A program made the translations under genes and the position numbers. Under the pieces are notes generated by a model that was not told the DNA's origin, ran no database searches, and saw only the letters and a list, made by a program, of their open reading frames with translations. DNA of 60,495 nt, counting the filler. It is 4 parts of 4 records of this genome, joined end to end, with 100 filler letters (N's around TTAATTAATTAA, not from the genome) between each part and the next. Parts side by side here need not be neighbours in the genome. Positions count along the whole stretch, not along the records: positions 1 to 9,430 come from SRR2962707_695; 3 more parts are not named here. The stretch is one strand, 5' to 3'. Each line of letters begins with the position of its first letter. The stretch's first letter is position 1. Shown one piece after another: positions 1 to 8,686 of the stretch.

Positions 1-1761
1 GCATTGCATGGCAAACGCATAGAAAATCATAAGAGAGATACCTGTTGCTAGGCCGTATCGTTTTTCACCGGTTGCTGGATTGATTTCCTGGTTCATACGG
101 TCAAGCAGGGAGGTCTCAACCCCGGAATCTTCAATACTATAAATGGTTGCCATAGTACCAACAAACACTTCTCGGGCAGCAAATGAGGTGATCAAAGAAA
201 TCCCAATTTTCCAGTCATAACCAAGTGGCTCAATGGCTGGTTCTATCTGTTTTCCAAGGATACCAATGAATGAAGATTCCAATGGTGCTTGTGTCAGAAT
301 TTCTTCGGAATCTGGATTCTGATTGCTGAATGAATCAGGGCCATACGAACCCAACACCCATAAAATGATCGAAATTGCAAGGATAATTCGACCTGCACCC
401 CACACAAAAGCCTTACTTTTTTCATAGACATTGAAGGCCACATTGTTCCACTTAGGCAATTGATAGCGGGGCATTTCCATGATCAAAAAACTCTTGGACT
501 TAGTCAGAAGAATGGCTTTGAAGATCATCGCGAAAAGAAGCGCAGCAATGATTCCAAGGAGGTACATTCCAAACAGAACTAGACCCTGTAAGTTGATGAT
601 TCCGACCATACGATCAGGTATGGTCAAAGCGATGAGGAGTATGTACACCGGCAGTCGCGCAGAACAGCTCATCAGCGGTGTGACCAGGATGGTGATCAGT
701 CTTTCTTTGGGTTGATCAATGGATCGGCTGGACATGATTGCCGGGATGGCACAAGCCACACTCGATATCAGGGGAACCACACTTTTACCATGCAATCCAA
801 ATGGACGCATGACTCGATCCATTAGGAAGACTACCCTTGTCATGTATCCTGTTTCTTCCAGGATGGTCAAAAACAAAAAGAGAAAGGCAATTTGTGGAAT
901 GAAAATCACAACTCCCCCAATCCCAGGAATGATTCCCTCTGTGACTAATGATGTAAGCGGGCCTGCAGGCAAGCGGTCTGCCAAGAATGCACTTGAACTG
1001 ATAAAAAATTCATCAATCAAGTCCATTGGGACATTGGCAAAAACATAGATGAATTGGAAGATGATGAATAGGATTGCAGTAAAAATGGCGTAACCCCAAA
1101 ACTTGTGAATCAGGATTTTGTCCAGTTGATTCGTCAGCTTGTGGGCACCTTTTGTTTTTCCTTTGTGAAGGAACTTTAAAAGCTTGTCAATCTTTTCGTA
1201 CCTTGCTTCGGTCTCTTCCAGGTAGTCGACACCATTTTCATTTTGATAAAATGGCTGCCACTTTTCGGTCTTCTCGAAAGTACTAATTGCCGATCGCAAC
1301 GCATCAATGTTGCCTTCTCTGGCATTCAATGGAATTACCGGAATATCACCTAGCAGAGAACTTAGCTTTTCACAAGAAATTTCGAGCTTATCCTTTTGAG
1401 TCAAATCGACACGATTGAGCACAAGAAGGATCGGCACATTCAAGTCATAAACCTGAGAGAACAGTAAAAGATTGCGGCGAAGATTGGAAGCATCAGCAAT
1501 GACCACAACAAGGTCGAGAGAGTTATCGCCGGTCAGGTAATCACGAACAACTCGCTCATCTTCAGTCTTTGGATTGATGCTGTAAGCTCCGGGAAGATCC
1601 ACCACATCGATAGTCGTTCCATCCAGTTTGAATGCGCCATATTTCTTATCCACCGTAACTCCAGGGTAGTTACCCACCTTTTGATTCAGCCCGGTGAGCA
1701 AGTTGAAAATGGTGCTTTTGCCTACGTTAGGATTCCCTACTAATGCGATCTTACTTACCAA
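1..1761 (-). CDS. feoB: Ferrous iron transporter FeoB, 3' end runs off the window; absent from the ORF track
   Basis: Manual translation of both ends: from TTG at 1761 MVSKIALVGNPNVGKSTIFNLLTGLNQKVGNYPGVTVDKK (G1/G2 GTPase motifs); in-frame MIFYAFAMQC at position 1; directly downstream of feoA. Confidence 0.97.
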   Translation of the reverse strand, partial: MVSKIALVGNPNVGKSTIFNLLTGLNQKVGNYPGVTVDKKYGAFKLDGTTIDVVDLPGAYSINPKTEDERVVRDYLTGDNSLDLVVVIADASNLRRNLLLFSQVYDLNVPILLVLNRVDLTQKDKLEISCEKLSSLLGDIPVIPLNAREGNIDALRSAISTFEKTEKWQPFYQNENGVDYLEETEARYEKIDKLLKFLHKGKTKGAHKLTNQLDKILIHKFWGYAIFTAILFIIFQFIYVFANVPMDLIDEFFISSSAFLADRLPAGPLTSLVTEGIIPGIGGVVIFIPQIAFLFLFLTILEETGYMTRVVFLMDRVMRPFGLHGKSVVPLISSVACAIPAIMSSRSIDQPKERLITILVTPLMSCSARLPVYILLIALTIPDRMVGIINLQGLVLFGMYLLGIIAALLFAMIFKAILLTKSKSFLIMEMPRYQLPKWNNVAFNVYEKSKAFVWGAGRIILAISIILWVLGSYGPDSFSNQNPDSEEILTQAPLESSFIGILGKQIEPAIEPLGYDWKIGISLITSFAAREVFVGTMATIYSIEDSGVETSLLDRMNQEINPATGEKRYGLATGISLMIFYAFAMQC

Positions 1762-1767
1762 TTCCTC

Positions 1768-1992
1768 CTAGTTTTCATGGATTAATATCAGGTCAGCTTC
1801 TTCAAGCCTCAACATGATTAGCTGCCCATCAACCTGAACGATCATCGGATCACCTAAAGGTGCTTTTCTCAACACCTCAATGGTTTGATTGGGGTAGATG
1901 CCCATCTCATACAATCGATGCTTCAGGTCGCTTTCCTCTACCTGAGAAATGACATATGAAGTATCTGCAAGCGGTGATGTGAGCTTTTTCAT
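1768..1992 (-). CDS. feoA: Ferrous iron transport protein FeoA
   Basis: 74 aa with the RLYEMGIYP...APLGDP...LMLRLEEA FeoA signature; adjacent to feoB. Confidence 0.95.
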   Translation of the reverse strand: MKKLTSPLADTSYVISQVEESDLKHRLYEMGIYPNQTIEVLRKAPLGDPMIVQVDGQLIMLRLEEADLILIHEN

Positions 1993-2025
1993 TCAGTATT
2001 CGACGCTAACCAATGGAAAACAGGG

Positions 2026-2033
2026 CAAAAGTA
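2026..2033 (-). promoter_or_regulatory. Bacteroidetes -7 promoter element (TACTTTTG) for feoAB
   Basis: Matches TAnnTTTG about 35 nt upstream of the feoA ATG. Confidence 0.6.
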
Positions 2034-2034
2034 C

Positions 2035-2057
2035 TTATTAAGAATGAATCTAAATAA
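2035..2057. promoter_or_regulatory. Fur-type operator box 1 (TTATTAAGAATGAATCTAAATAA)
   Basis: One of three near-identical 11-1-11 palindromes between iron genes; abuts the feoA -7 element. Confidence 0.75.
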
Positions 2058-2111
2058 CTGATCATGACTTAATTTTGGAATGAAAGAAGTCATTCAAAAA
2101 CCTGATAAAAA

Positions 2112-2134
2112 TCATTTAGAATAATTCTAAATAA
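2112..2134. promoter_or_regulatory. Fur-type operator box 2 (TCATTTAGAATAATTCTAAATAA)
   Basis: Near-perfect palindrome over the expected -33 region of the rightward promoter. Confidence 0.8.
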
Positions 2135-2148
2135 TAGGATTTTGTGAG

Positions 2149-2156
2149 TAGGTTTG
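2149..2156 (+). promoter_or_regulatory. Bacteroidetes -7 promoter element (TAGGTTTG) for the miniprotein/ferritin operon
   Basis: Matches TAnnTTTG about 35 nt upstream of ATG 2191, between boxes 2 and 3. Confidence 0.6.
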
Positions 2157-2160
2157 CCAA

Positions 2161-2183
2161 CTATTTAGAATCTGTCTAAATAA
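2161..2183. promoter_or_regulatory. Fur-type operator box 3 (CTATTTAGAATCTGTCTAAATAA)
   Basis: Third copy of the palindrome, at the expected transcription start. Confidence 0.75.
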
Positions 2184-2190
2184 GAAATGA

Positions 2191-2376
2191 ATGAGTAGTA
2201 TCCCTGTCCAACTTCCGGTTTCCAAGCTCTACGAGGAGCACATGCTGAAGAAAAAGAAGCATGGAAAAAAGCTGAAGAAGGAGTGTTGCTTTAAATACAC
2301 GAAGAAGAAGGGAAAATACTGTAAATCATGTCCCACTTTACATGCGATGTGTCAGAATGCAGGAAGAGATTTTTAA
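2191..2376 (+). CDS. 61-aa basic Cys-rich miniprotein with an FhuF-type CC-x10-C-x2-C putative [2Fe-2S] motif
   Basis: ECCFKYTKKKGKYCKSCP; first ORF after the promoter and operators; overlaps the next gene. Confidence 0.7.
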   Translation: MSSIPVQLPVSKLYEEHMLKKKKHGKKLKKECCFKYTKKKGKYCKSCPTLHAMCQNAGRDF

Positions 2377-2692
2377 AACAAAAAGCGCTACAATAGCCCA
2401 ATGCGGTCTTACTGACTCGTTTTTGTTGGTATTCGAGCAGGAGGAAATCAGTTTCAAGCTTTGTGATCTGTTTACATTCAGAAAAAAGATCATGGCGTTT
2501 GACATCATGGAACTTTTGGATTGTTCGGCACCTGATGTAGAAGTGGTGCACTTGCCTCATTGTGATCGTTTTTTGCTTCTTTCTCTTCGTGAGATCCTTG
2601 AATTTAGAGAGCTTCTAAACGGAACCTTTGATACATTAGCACTAAACAGTGCCGTTCAAAAAATACTTCGCAAGAACGTATTCAACTTTTGA
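2357..2692 (+). CDS. Hypothetical protein (111 aa) in the iron operon
   Basis: ATG at 2357 (MQEEIFKTK...) overlaps the upstream ORF by 20 nt; 4 Cys and an HLPHCD motif; fills the gap before ferritin. Confidence 0.75.
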   Translation: MQEEIFKTKSATIAQCGLTDSFLLVFEQEEISFKLCDLFTFRKKIMAFDIMELLDCSAPDVEVVHLPHCDRFLLLSLREILEFRELLNGTFDTLALNSAVQKILRKNVFNF

Positions 2693-2727
2693 TCGGTTAA
2701 TTAGTTAAGAACCGAAACTAACGTAAT

Positions 2728-3255
2728 ATGAAAGACATTTTGAGAAGGCATCATGTATTGAAGGATGAGATTGTTGATGTCCTGAACAGACAAATAAAGA
2801 TGGAGGCGCATTCCTCCGCAGCATACCTGGCCATGGCAGCTTGGTGCGATGTAAGAGGATATGACAACAGTGCCGAGTTTTTCTTCAACCAATCGGAAGA
2901 AGAAAGAAAACATCAACTGAAACTCTTCCATTACCTGTGTGATATGGAATGTGATGCCATTTCTCCAACTGTTGGTGAAAGTCAGCATGATTTCGGATCA
3001 CTGAGGGAGGTATTCGAAAAAGCACTGGAGCACGAGATCGCAGTTTCTGATTCCATTCACGAGATCGTGGGTGAATGCAGAAAGTACAATGACATTGCCA
3101 CAGAAGAATTCATGAGATGGTTCGTGCAGGAGCAGATCGAGGAGGAATATATCGCCAGAAGAGCGCTCGAATTATTTGATGTATTGGGCGAAGACAAGAT
3201 AGCCTTAGGAATGTTCGAAGAGCGTATCCTTGAAATCAAGTATGACCAAGGGTGA
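2728..3255 (+). CDS. ftnA: Non-heme ferritin (FtnA-like)
   Basis: LNRQIKME..S..YLAMAAWC, EERKH and WFVQEQIEEE ferroxidase motifs. Confidence 0.95.
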   Translation: MKDILRRHHVLKDEIVDVLNRQIKMEAHSSAAYLAMAAWCDVRGYDNSAEFFFNQSEEERKHQLKLFHYLCDMECDAISPTVGESQHDFGSLREVFEKALEHEIAVSDSIHEIVGECRKYNDIATEEFMRWFVQEQIEEEYIARRALELFDVLGEDKIALGMFEERILEIKYDQG

Positions 3256-3278
3256 TCTTAAGATAATTTTATAATGAG

Positions 3279-3308
3279 AAGCCTCCTTTTGGAGGCTTTT
3301 TTGTTTTT
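3279..3308 (+). terminator. Rho-independent terminator after ferritin
   Basis: AAGCCTCC-tttt-GGAGGCTT followed by a T-run. Confidence 0.85.
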
Positions 3309-3444
3309 AATGGAAAATTCCTCATTTCCTCAAACGATTTAAACCCACGAAAGCATCGTTTGCGTAACTAAATACCCCATTTTGCTATGATTTAACCTTC
3401 TGATGTTCAGAACTTTGCATTGGTTAAATCAAAATTTTGAAACC

Positions 3445-3750
3445 ATGATTACGAAGAAGTATTTAAAAACCAAGCCGGTTGCGAAGGTGACATTTTCATT
3501 GTCCAAGACGCAACACCATGGCGCCAAGAAGGTGGCCATCGCAGGCGATTTCAACAACTGGAGCACTACCAAGACTCCTTTGAAGCAAAACAAGGACGGT
3601 AAGTATTCAGTTAGTTTGGATCTTGAAAAAGGAAAATCCTACCAGTTCAGATACATACTGGATGGAAAGACCTGGGAAAACGATTGGAAAGCAGATGCAT
3701 ATGTGCCGAACAATCTGACCTTTGATGAGAATTCTGTAGTGGAGGTTTAA
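3445..3750 (+). CDS. Isoamylase early-set / CBM48-like stand-alone glycogen-binding protein
   Basis: MITKKYLKTKP..KVTF, AGDFNNW, YQFRYILDG..WENDWKADAY; start moved to ATG 3445. Confidence 0.9.
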   Translation: MITKKYLKTKPVAKVTFSLSKTQHHGAKKVAIAGDFNNWSTTKTPLKQNKDGKYSVSLDLEKGKSYQFRYILDGKTWENDWKADAYVPNNLTFDENSVVEV

Positions 3751-3764
3751 CCACCTCCATTACT

Positions 3765-4679
3765 TTACCATCTTGCCTTGGAGCCACGCACATCCACATG
3801 GATGAAGCCATTGTGGCTGCTATTCTTGCGGTAAAATCCGAGCCCGCCTACGAAGGAAGCATACGAGTCTTTGTAAAATTCCCCCTCTACGATATTGTAA
3901 AAGACTCTCACATCTTTTTCGTCTACGACCCCATCTTTGTTTAAATCATCCATGCTGCCGTTTTTATCCTGATCAATGAAGATATCAGCTGCTCCTCCAT
4001 ACACGTGTCGACTGTATTGGACATTCTTGATGGACTTATTGTAAAAGGGCGTACGATATCCGCTAATGAAACCAAACGTTTCAATGGCATAGCCACTTGC
4101 ATTTACTTTCTCCAATAAGTATTCCAGCTTTAACAAAAGACGCTCCCTTACAATCAGGTACTTAGGGTAACCGCCAGCTTGCTTGCACAAGAATTGCTTG
4201 AGGGAAAAATGAGGTGTCAGCATCAAGTTCATGTTCTCCTCCGTCACCTCAAACAACCCTTTTGGTGGATTGTAAATCGGATTGCCTCTCAAGGGTTCGG
4301 TCGGATAATTACCAATCCGATACCCATTGAGGTATTCCCCTTTCATGTTGCTTGTTGGAGTTAAAACCAACACATTGACCTTGATGATGTTCTTCTGATC
4401 GTTATTCACGAAAATGGTATAGGCCCCAGGGGTACTAGGTGCAACTGCCTTCCAGCGACTGGGAAACGAGGTGCTTTGAAGCGTGACCTTCTCGCTTTCC
4501 AGTGTAATTCTCCCCGAGCTGCTGATCACGATTTCACCACCGGGCATTACGAAGGTAGAAAAAATCCGATATGGGTTGATCTCTCCATTGATAGTGATGG
4601 AGAACCCGGCACGCTGATCAGTGTAGCCAAGCAGGCTACCTGAAATCAAATAAAACAGGATAATGATTAACTTTTTCAT
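3765..4679 (-). CDS. Secreted peptidase M15A / YcbK(MepK)-like Zn endopeptidase
   Basis: Signal peptide; SGYRTP.YN, SRHVYGGAAD and HVDVRG..ARW motifs. Confidence 0.85.
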   Translation of the reverse strand: MKKLIIILFYLISGSLLGYTDQRAGFSITINGEINPYRIFSTFVMPGGEIVISSSGRITLESEKVTLQSTSFPSRWKAVAPSTPGAYTIFVNNDQKNIIKVNVLVLTPTSNMKGEYLNGYRIGNYPTEPLRGNPIYNPPKGLFEVTEENMNLMLTPHFSLKQFLCKQAGGYPKYLIVRERLLLKLEYLLEKVNASGYAIETFGFISGYRTPFYNKSIKNVQYSRHVYGGAADIFIDQDKNGSMDDLNKDGVVDEKDVRVFYNIVEGEFYKDSYASFVGGLGFYRKNSSHNGFIHVDVRGSKARW

Positions 4680-4685
4680 AGCTAA

Positions 4686-6290
4686 TTAAAGAGATGGTGG
4701 AGCTTCCCGAAGTGCTTTTAGTACAGACGCATCCCGATCGTACAAATCGCTTCGAAATTGTACGACCCCATCACTGACCCATGAAGTCAGATAAAGGATG
4801 TGAACCGGCATGGCTTCTTTGAGCATCACCGATTGCTCTTTGCCTTCCTTGATGGTTTTCTCGATTCGTTCTTCAGTCCACCCGGGATTGTCTTTGAGGA
4901 GGTATTTGGCAAAACTCAATGGATTATTCAAACGGATGCACCCAGAGCTGAAAGCCCGATCTGTCCGATTAAACATCTCTTTGCTTGGGGTATCATGGAT
5001 GTACACATTGTACTTGTTAGGAAACATAAATTTGACCACACCTAAAGCATTAGTTGGCCCGGCATCCTGACGCAGGGTATACGGGAAGTTACTTTTTGAT
5101 AAAGTACTCCATTCTACGGTAAGTGGATCAACCTCGGTTGCGTTGCTGCCCTGTCCTTCGAGCACTCTAATATTTTTTGCCTTTACATAGCCCGCATCTT
5201 TTTTGAGCTCGGGAAGCATGTCATTGAACAAAATCGTCGGTGGAACTGTCCAGGTTGGATTCAGCACCATGTAGGTCATTTTGCTGCTAAAGACCGGTGT
5301 TTTTCGAAACGGCTTTCCCACAATCACCTTCTCTTCAAAGGTCTTTTTCTTGTCCTTGAACACCTGCATCTGGTAGTCAGCAATATTGACGATCACGTAA
5401 TGGCTACCCATTTCTTCAGCAGCCCATCGGTATCGCTCCATGTTTATTATAATTTGATCTATTCGTTCCTCTACTGTGGAATTCAGTGATGCAGTGGTGA
5501 GTTTTCCGAGGTTTCCGTCGGCCTCCAGGCCATTTCTGATCTGATATTTTTTAACAGCTTCAGCAACTTGATCCGAATACGTAAACAGATCAGATACGGT
5601 TCCTTTTAAGTCGATGGAAATTTTAAGTCTGTCGATTAGTTGCGGTAAACGGATGCTATCCACCATTCCTGGCTTCAATGTCTCTCCTGTGGCAATCGGC
5701 TTCCATCCTCCTTTTTCTGCAATAGATCGGTACTCTCGAAGTGCATTTTTCAATCCTCTGTACCCCACATGATCAGGTTCGAGATCCTTTAATGTTTCTT
5801 TCACATTGTTGTTATCGAGCGCCTCTTCCAGAACAACTTTTGTATCACCTTCTCTGCGAATCGCCTGCCACTCTGAATCGACCGATTCTGGATTAACCTT
5901 TCCATTGAGAAAATGACTTGCATAAAGAAGAAATGCATCAGTCAGCAGCAAATCGAACTCTGCTTGCTCAATGTCATCCGGTTCAGAAGCCGCAAAACTT
6001 TGAAGTGCCTCAAGGTGATAATCTGCAGGATTGAGCCCTTCTTCATCGGCTTTTAAAAGTACCTTGATCAGGTCGGCAGAGCTATTCTCTTTCCATACTT
6101 TTCTAAACTGCCTCCCCTGATAAAAAAGGGGCAGCACGGTTCTACAATAAATGGGTTCACCCTTGATGGAAACGTCAATTCCTGCAGTGATCATTTCTAC
6201 CTTCTGACGAAGAAACTCATCCTGATCGAACGGAGCGATAGCAGAAAGATGGATTAAGGTAAGTGCTAAAAGAACAAGTAGTCTTCTCAT
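4686..6290 (-). CDS. L,D-transpeptidase, YcbB/LdtD-like, with scaffold and peptidoglycan-binding domains
   Basis: YIHDTP...RAFSSGCIRL catalytic motif; NPTWTVP; FRSDLYDRD. Confidence 0.93.
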   Translation of the reverse strand: MRRLLVLLALTLIHLSAIAPFDQDEFLRQKVEMITAGIDVSIKGEPIYCRTVLPLFYQGRQFRKVWKENSSADLIKVLLKADEEGLNPADYHLEALQSFAASEPDDIEQAEFDLLLTDAFLLYASHFLNGKVNPESVDSEWQAIRREGDTKVVLEEALDNNNVKETLKDLEPDHVGYRGLKNALREYRSIAEKGGWKPIATGETLKPGMVDSIRLPQLIDRLKISIDLKGTVSDLFTYSDQVAEAVKKYQIRNGLEADGNLGKLTTASLNSTVEERIDQIIINMERYRWAAEEMGSHYVIVNIADYQMQVFKDKKKTFEEKVIVGKPFRKTPVFSSKMTYMVLNPTWTVPPTILFNDMLPELKKDAGYVKAKNIRVLEGQGSNATEVDPLTVEWSTLSKSNFPYTLRQDAGPTNALGVVKFMFPNKYNVYIHDTPSKEMFNRTDRAFSSGCIRLNNPLSFAKYLLKDNPGWTEERIEKTIKEGKEQSVMLKEAMPVHILYLTSWVSDGVVQFRSDLYDRDASVLKALREAPPSL

Positions 6291-6311
6291 ACATTAAAGG
6301 TAAGGAAGAAA

Positions 6312-8666
6312 TTAGCTTACATGCAGTTGGATCTTCTCACCCAATACTTTCCAGGGGCCATTTTCCCCGTTTTTCAGTTTGGTGAAGACATAATTCTGAA
6401 GGTAGATCAACTCAGGTTTAAGCTCCAATCGCTTCAAACGATCAAGTAACTCAACGCCTTTATCAGCTAAGAATTTATCCTTGTCAATGACGCGTTTAAT
6501 GGCTTTTGTTACTTTGAAATCATAGTTCGGGCCGGGGATCACCTGCCAATGTTCAAACTCATCCAATGTCTCAAAAAGTGGATCAAACTCACAGGTCTTG
6601 CTCCATTTAAGCAAGGCATTCCTAAGATCATATTCAAGTTTGGTGACCAGGTTTCTCCACAAAACGTGCGGGACAACTAGCTTCTGTTGTCTCATCAGGT
6701 TGAGTAGACTGTAATTCTGTTTGGAAATCCGCTGGATCGAAGAAGCTGCTTCTTTCACATTGGCATTGATCACCTCTTTCAAAACTTTGGCTTGCTCATC
6801 TTTCATCAGGTCAAAGAAAGAGAAGCGGGTATTCCCAAAGTATTTCTCAATGTCATAAAGGGTGGAGGTGATATGGCTCTGCAAAAACTTCTCACCTAAT
6901 CTGTCTGCCAACTCACGAAATCTGGTCTCATCAAAATCATCAGTCGTGCCTCCCACAATGTGATGGTTGCCGAGATACAACACCGCGAAGCTCAGATGCT
7001 TCACAGACAGGGTAACTTTCGAATTGACCACCGCACGACCCATACACAGCACTTGTTGACCGCCTCTGTGGCGAATGAGGTCACTCGTCTGAATGTCATA
7101 GTTGAAGACCTGTAGGGTTTTAGGCCGATCATCTGCAAAAAGCATGTTCACTGCGTAGTGCATTCCCACCTTGCTGAGTGTCATCCTTGTATTCTGCACA
7201 TATTTTTCATAAATCTCTCGGATGGTTCCGAAGGATTCGATATTACTTCTGCCTTTCTCCAGAATCTCCATGAACCGACTTTCTACATCCAGCTCGCTCT
7301 CTCGTTCAGCCAATTGTATGGCTCGGTTGGCATATTGTAGGATTTGGATGGTCTCTATCCCTGAAACATCGTTAAAAAACCAACCACAGCTTGTAAACAT
7401 CAACATCCCGTTTCGCTGCATCTCCAGCAAGCGGATGGTATGAGTGATCTGATCATCCTTTAGCGTAGGTAGATATTTTTTGAAGAAGGTTGGATAGTCC
7501 CGCTCTTCCGATTGGAATACCACTTCGATGAAGTCATTTCTCAGCTTCCATGGATCAGGATGAATGCCTTGCATCTCTTCTTCAAACAACTCATCCAGTC
7601 GGCCTTTTAGCCAGTTGAGCGAATCTCTTAGTGCCACTCGCCATTCCTGGTTCCAGCTTTCCTCGCCTCCGGTGTGGCAACCACAGTTACTTCTCCATCG
7701 CTCGATTCCATGCGCACAACTCCACGAGCTTTCCTCATGAATCTCGGCTTCATGCGTCGGTGCATGCCTGGAAAGGAAGTAGCCATAGTTGGCAAGCTGC
7801 GCGTCGGTGTTAGTTTCTAAATATCGAAGGCAATAAGCCAATGCCATCTCCCCTTGGCGGTGATGGTGGCCATAGGATTCTCCGTCCGTCGCAATGTTTA
7901 AAAGTTCTGGAGTTGTAGTGTTTTTGTCGAAACCTTCGAGCAAACTTGTGGCAAAAAGCTTCCCATCATTCAGTAATCCACTAAAAGCCACCTTTTGGGA
8001 GGTATCGCCATTGTAGAAAAAAACTACAATTTCACGACCATTCCCTAATTGTACAGTGTAAGGAACATTCGGATTGATCCCATCTGTCCAGTCACCGGTA
8101 CCCCTGAATCGCTTTGCCTGATTGGGAGCCAGAATCGTATATTTTATTCCCTGATCGGCAAGGCATCTTAGTGTATCCAGGTCAACAGCAGTTTCTGCAA
8201 GCCACATTCCTTCAGGTGTCCGTTGGAAACGTTGTTCAAAATCATACAACCCCCAATGGATTTGGGTGATCTTGTCCCGCTCGGATGCCAGAGGCATGAT
8301 CAGGTGATTGTATACCTGTGCAATAGCAGAACCATGGCCATCAAATCGTTTTTGACTGTTCTTATCTGCCTGAAGAATAAGCTCGTAAGTGTCAGGTCGG
8401 TTGAGCTCCATCCATGACAATAGGGTCGGGCCCATATTGAAGGAGATCTTCTCGTAGTTGTTGGTGATGTCAATGATCTTGCCATCATCATTGAGAATGC
8501 GCGCATAGGCATTGGGGCCATAGCACTCATCATTGATGCGCTCATTCCAATCGTGGAATGGTGCTGCGGACTCCTGAATTTCTATCTGCTCCAGCCATGC
8601 ATTTTCTCTTGGCGGCTGATAAAAGTGTCCGTGAATACAAACGTATTTGTTTGGATTTTTTTCCAT
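6312..8666 (-). CDS. GH57-family glycoside hydrolase with DUF3536
   Basis: HGHFYQPPREN, GMWLAETAVD, ATDGESYGHH and MFTSCGWFF motifs. Confidence 0.9.
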   Translation of the reverse strand: MEKNPNKYVCIHGHFYQPPRENAWLEQIEIQESAAPFHDWNERINDECYGPNAYARILNDDGKIIDITNNYEKISFNMGPTLLSWMELNRPDTYELILQADKNSQKRFDGHGSAIAQVYNHLIMPLASERDKITQIHWGLYDFEQRFQRTPEGMWLAETAVDLDTLRCLADQGIKYTILAPNQAKRFRGTGDWTDGINPNVPYTVQLGNGREIVVFFYNGDTSQKVAFSGLLNDGKLFATSLLEGFDKNTTTPELLNIATDGESYGHHHRQGEMALAYCLRYLETNTDAQLANYGYFLSRHAPTHEAEIHEESSWSCAHGIERWRSNCGCHTGGEESWNQEWRVALRDSLNWLKGRLDELFEEEMQGIHPDPWKLRNDFIEVVFQSEERDYPTFFKKYLPTLKDDQITHTIRLLEMQRNGMLMFTSCGWFFNDVSGIETIQILQYANRAIQLAERESELDVESRFMEILEKGRSNIESFGTIREIYEKYVQNTRMTLSKVGMHYAVNMLFADDRPKTLQVFNYDIQTSDLIRHRGGQQVLCMGRAVVNSKVTLSVKHLSFAVLYLGNHHIVGGTTDDFDETRFRELADRLGEKFLQSHITSTLYDIEKYFGNTRFSFFDLMKDEQAKVLKEVINANVKEAASSIQRISKQNYSLLNLMRQQKLVVPHVLWRNLVTKLEYDLRNALLKWSKTCEFDPLFETLDEFEHWQVIPGPNYDFKVTKAIKRVIDKDKFLADKGVELLDRLKRLELKPELIYLQNYVFTKLKNGENGPWKVLGEKIQLHVS

Positions 8667-8686
8667 TGCTATTTCTGGCTGAAAAA

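Noticed and set aside
479-1048. Plus-strand ORFs 479-715 and 719-1048
   Set aside because: Antisense shadows of feoB, which the ORF track missed because it runs off the window
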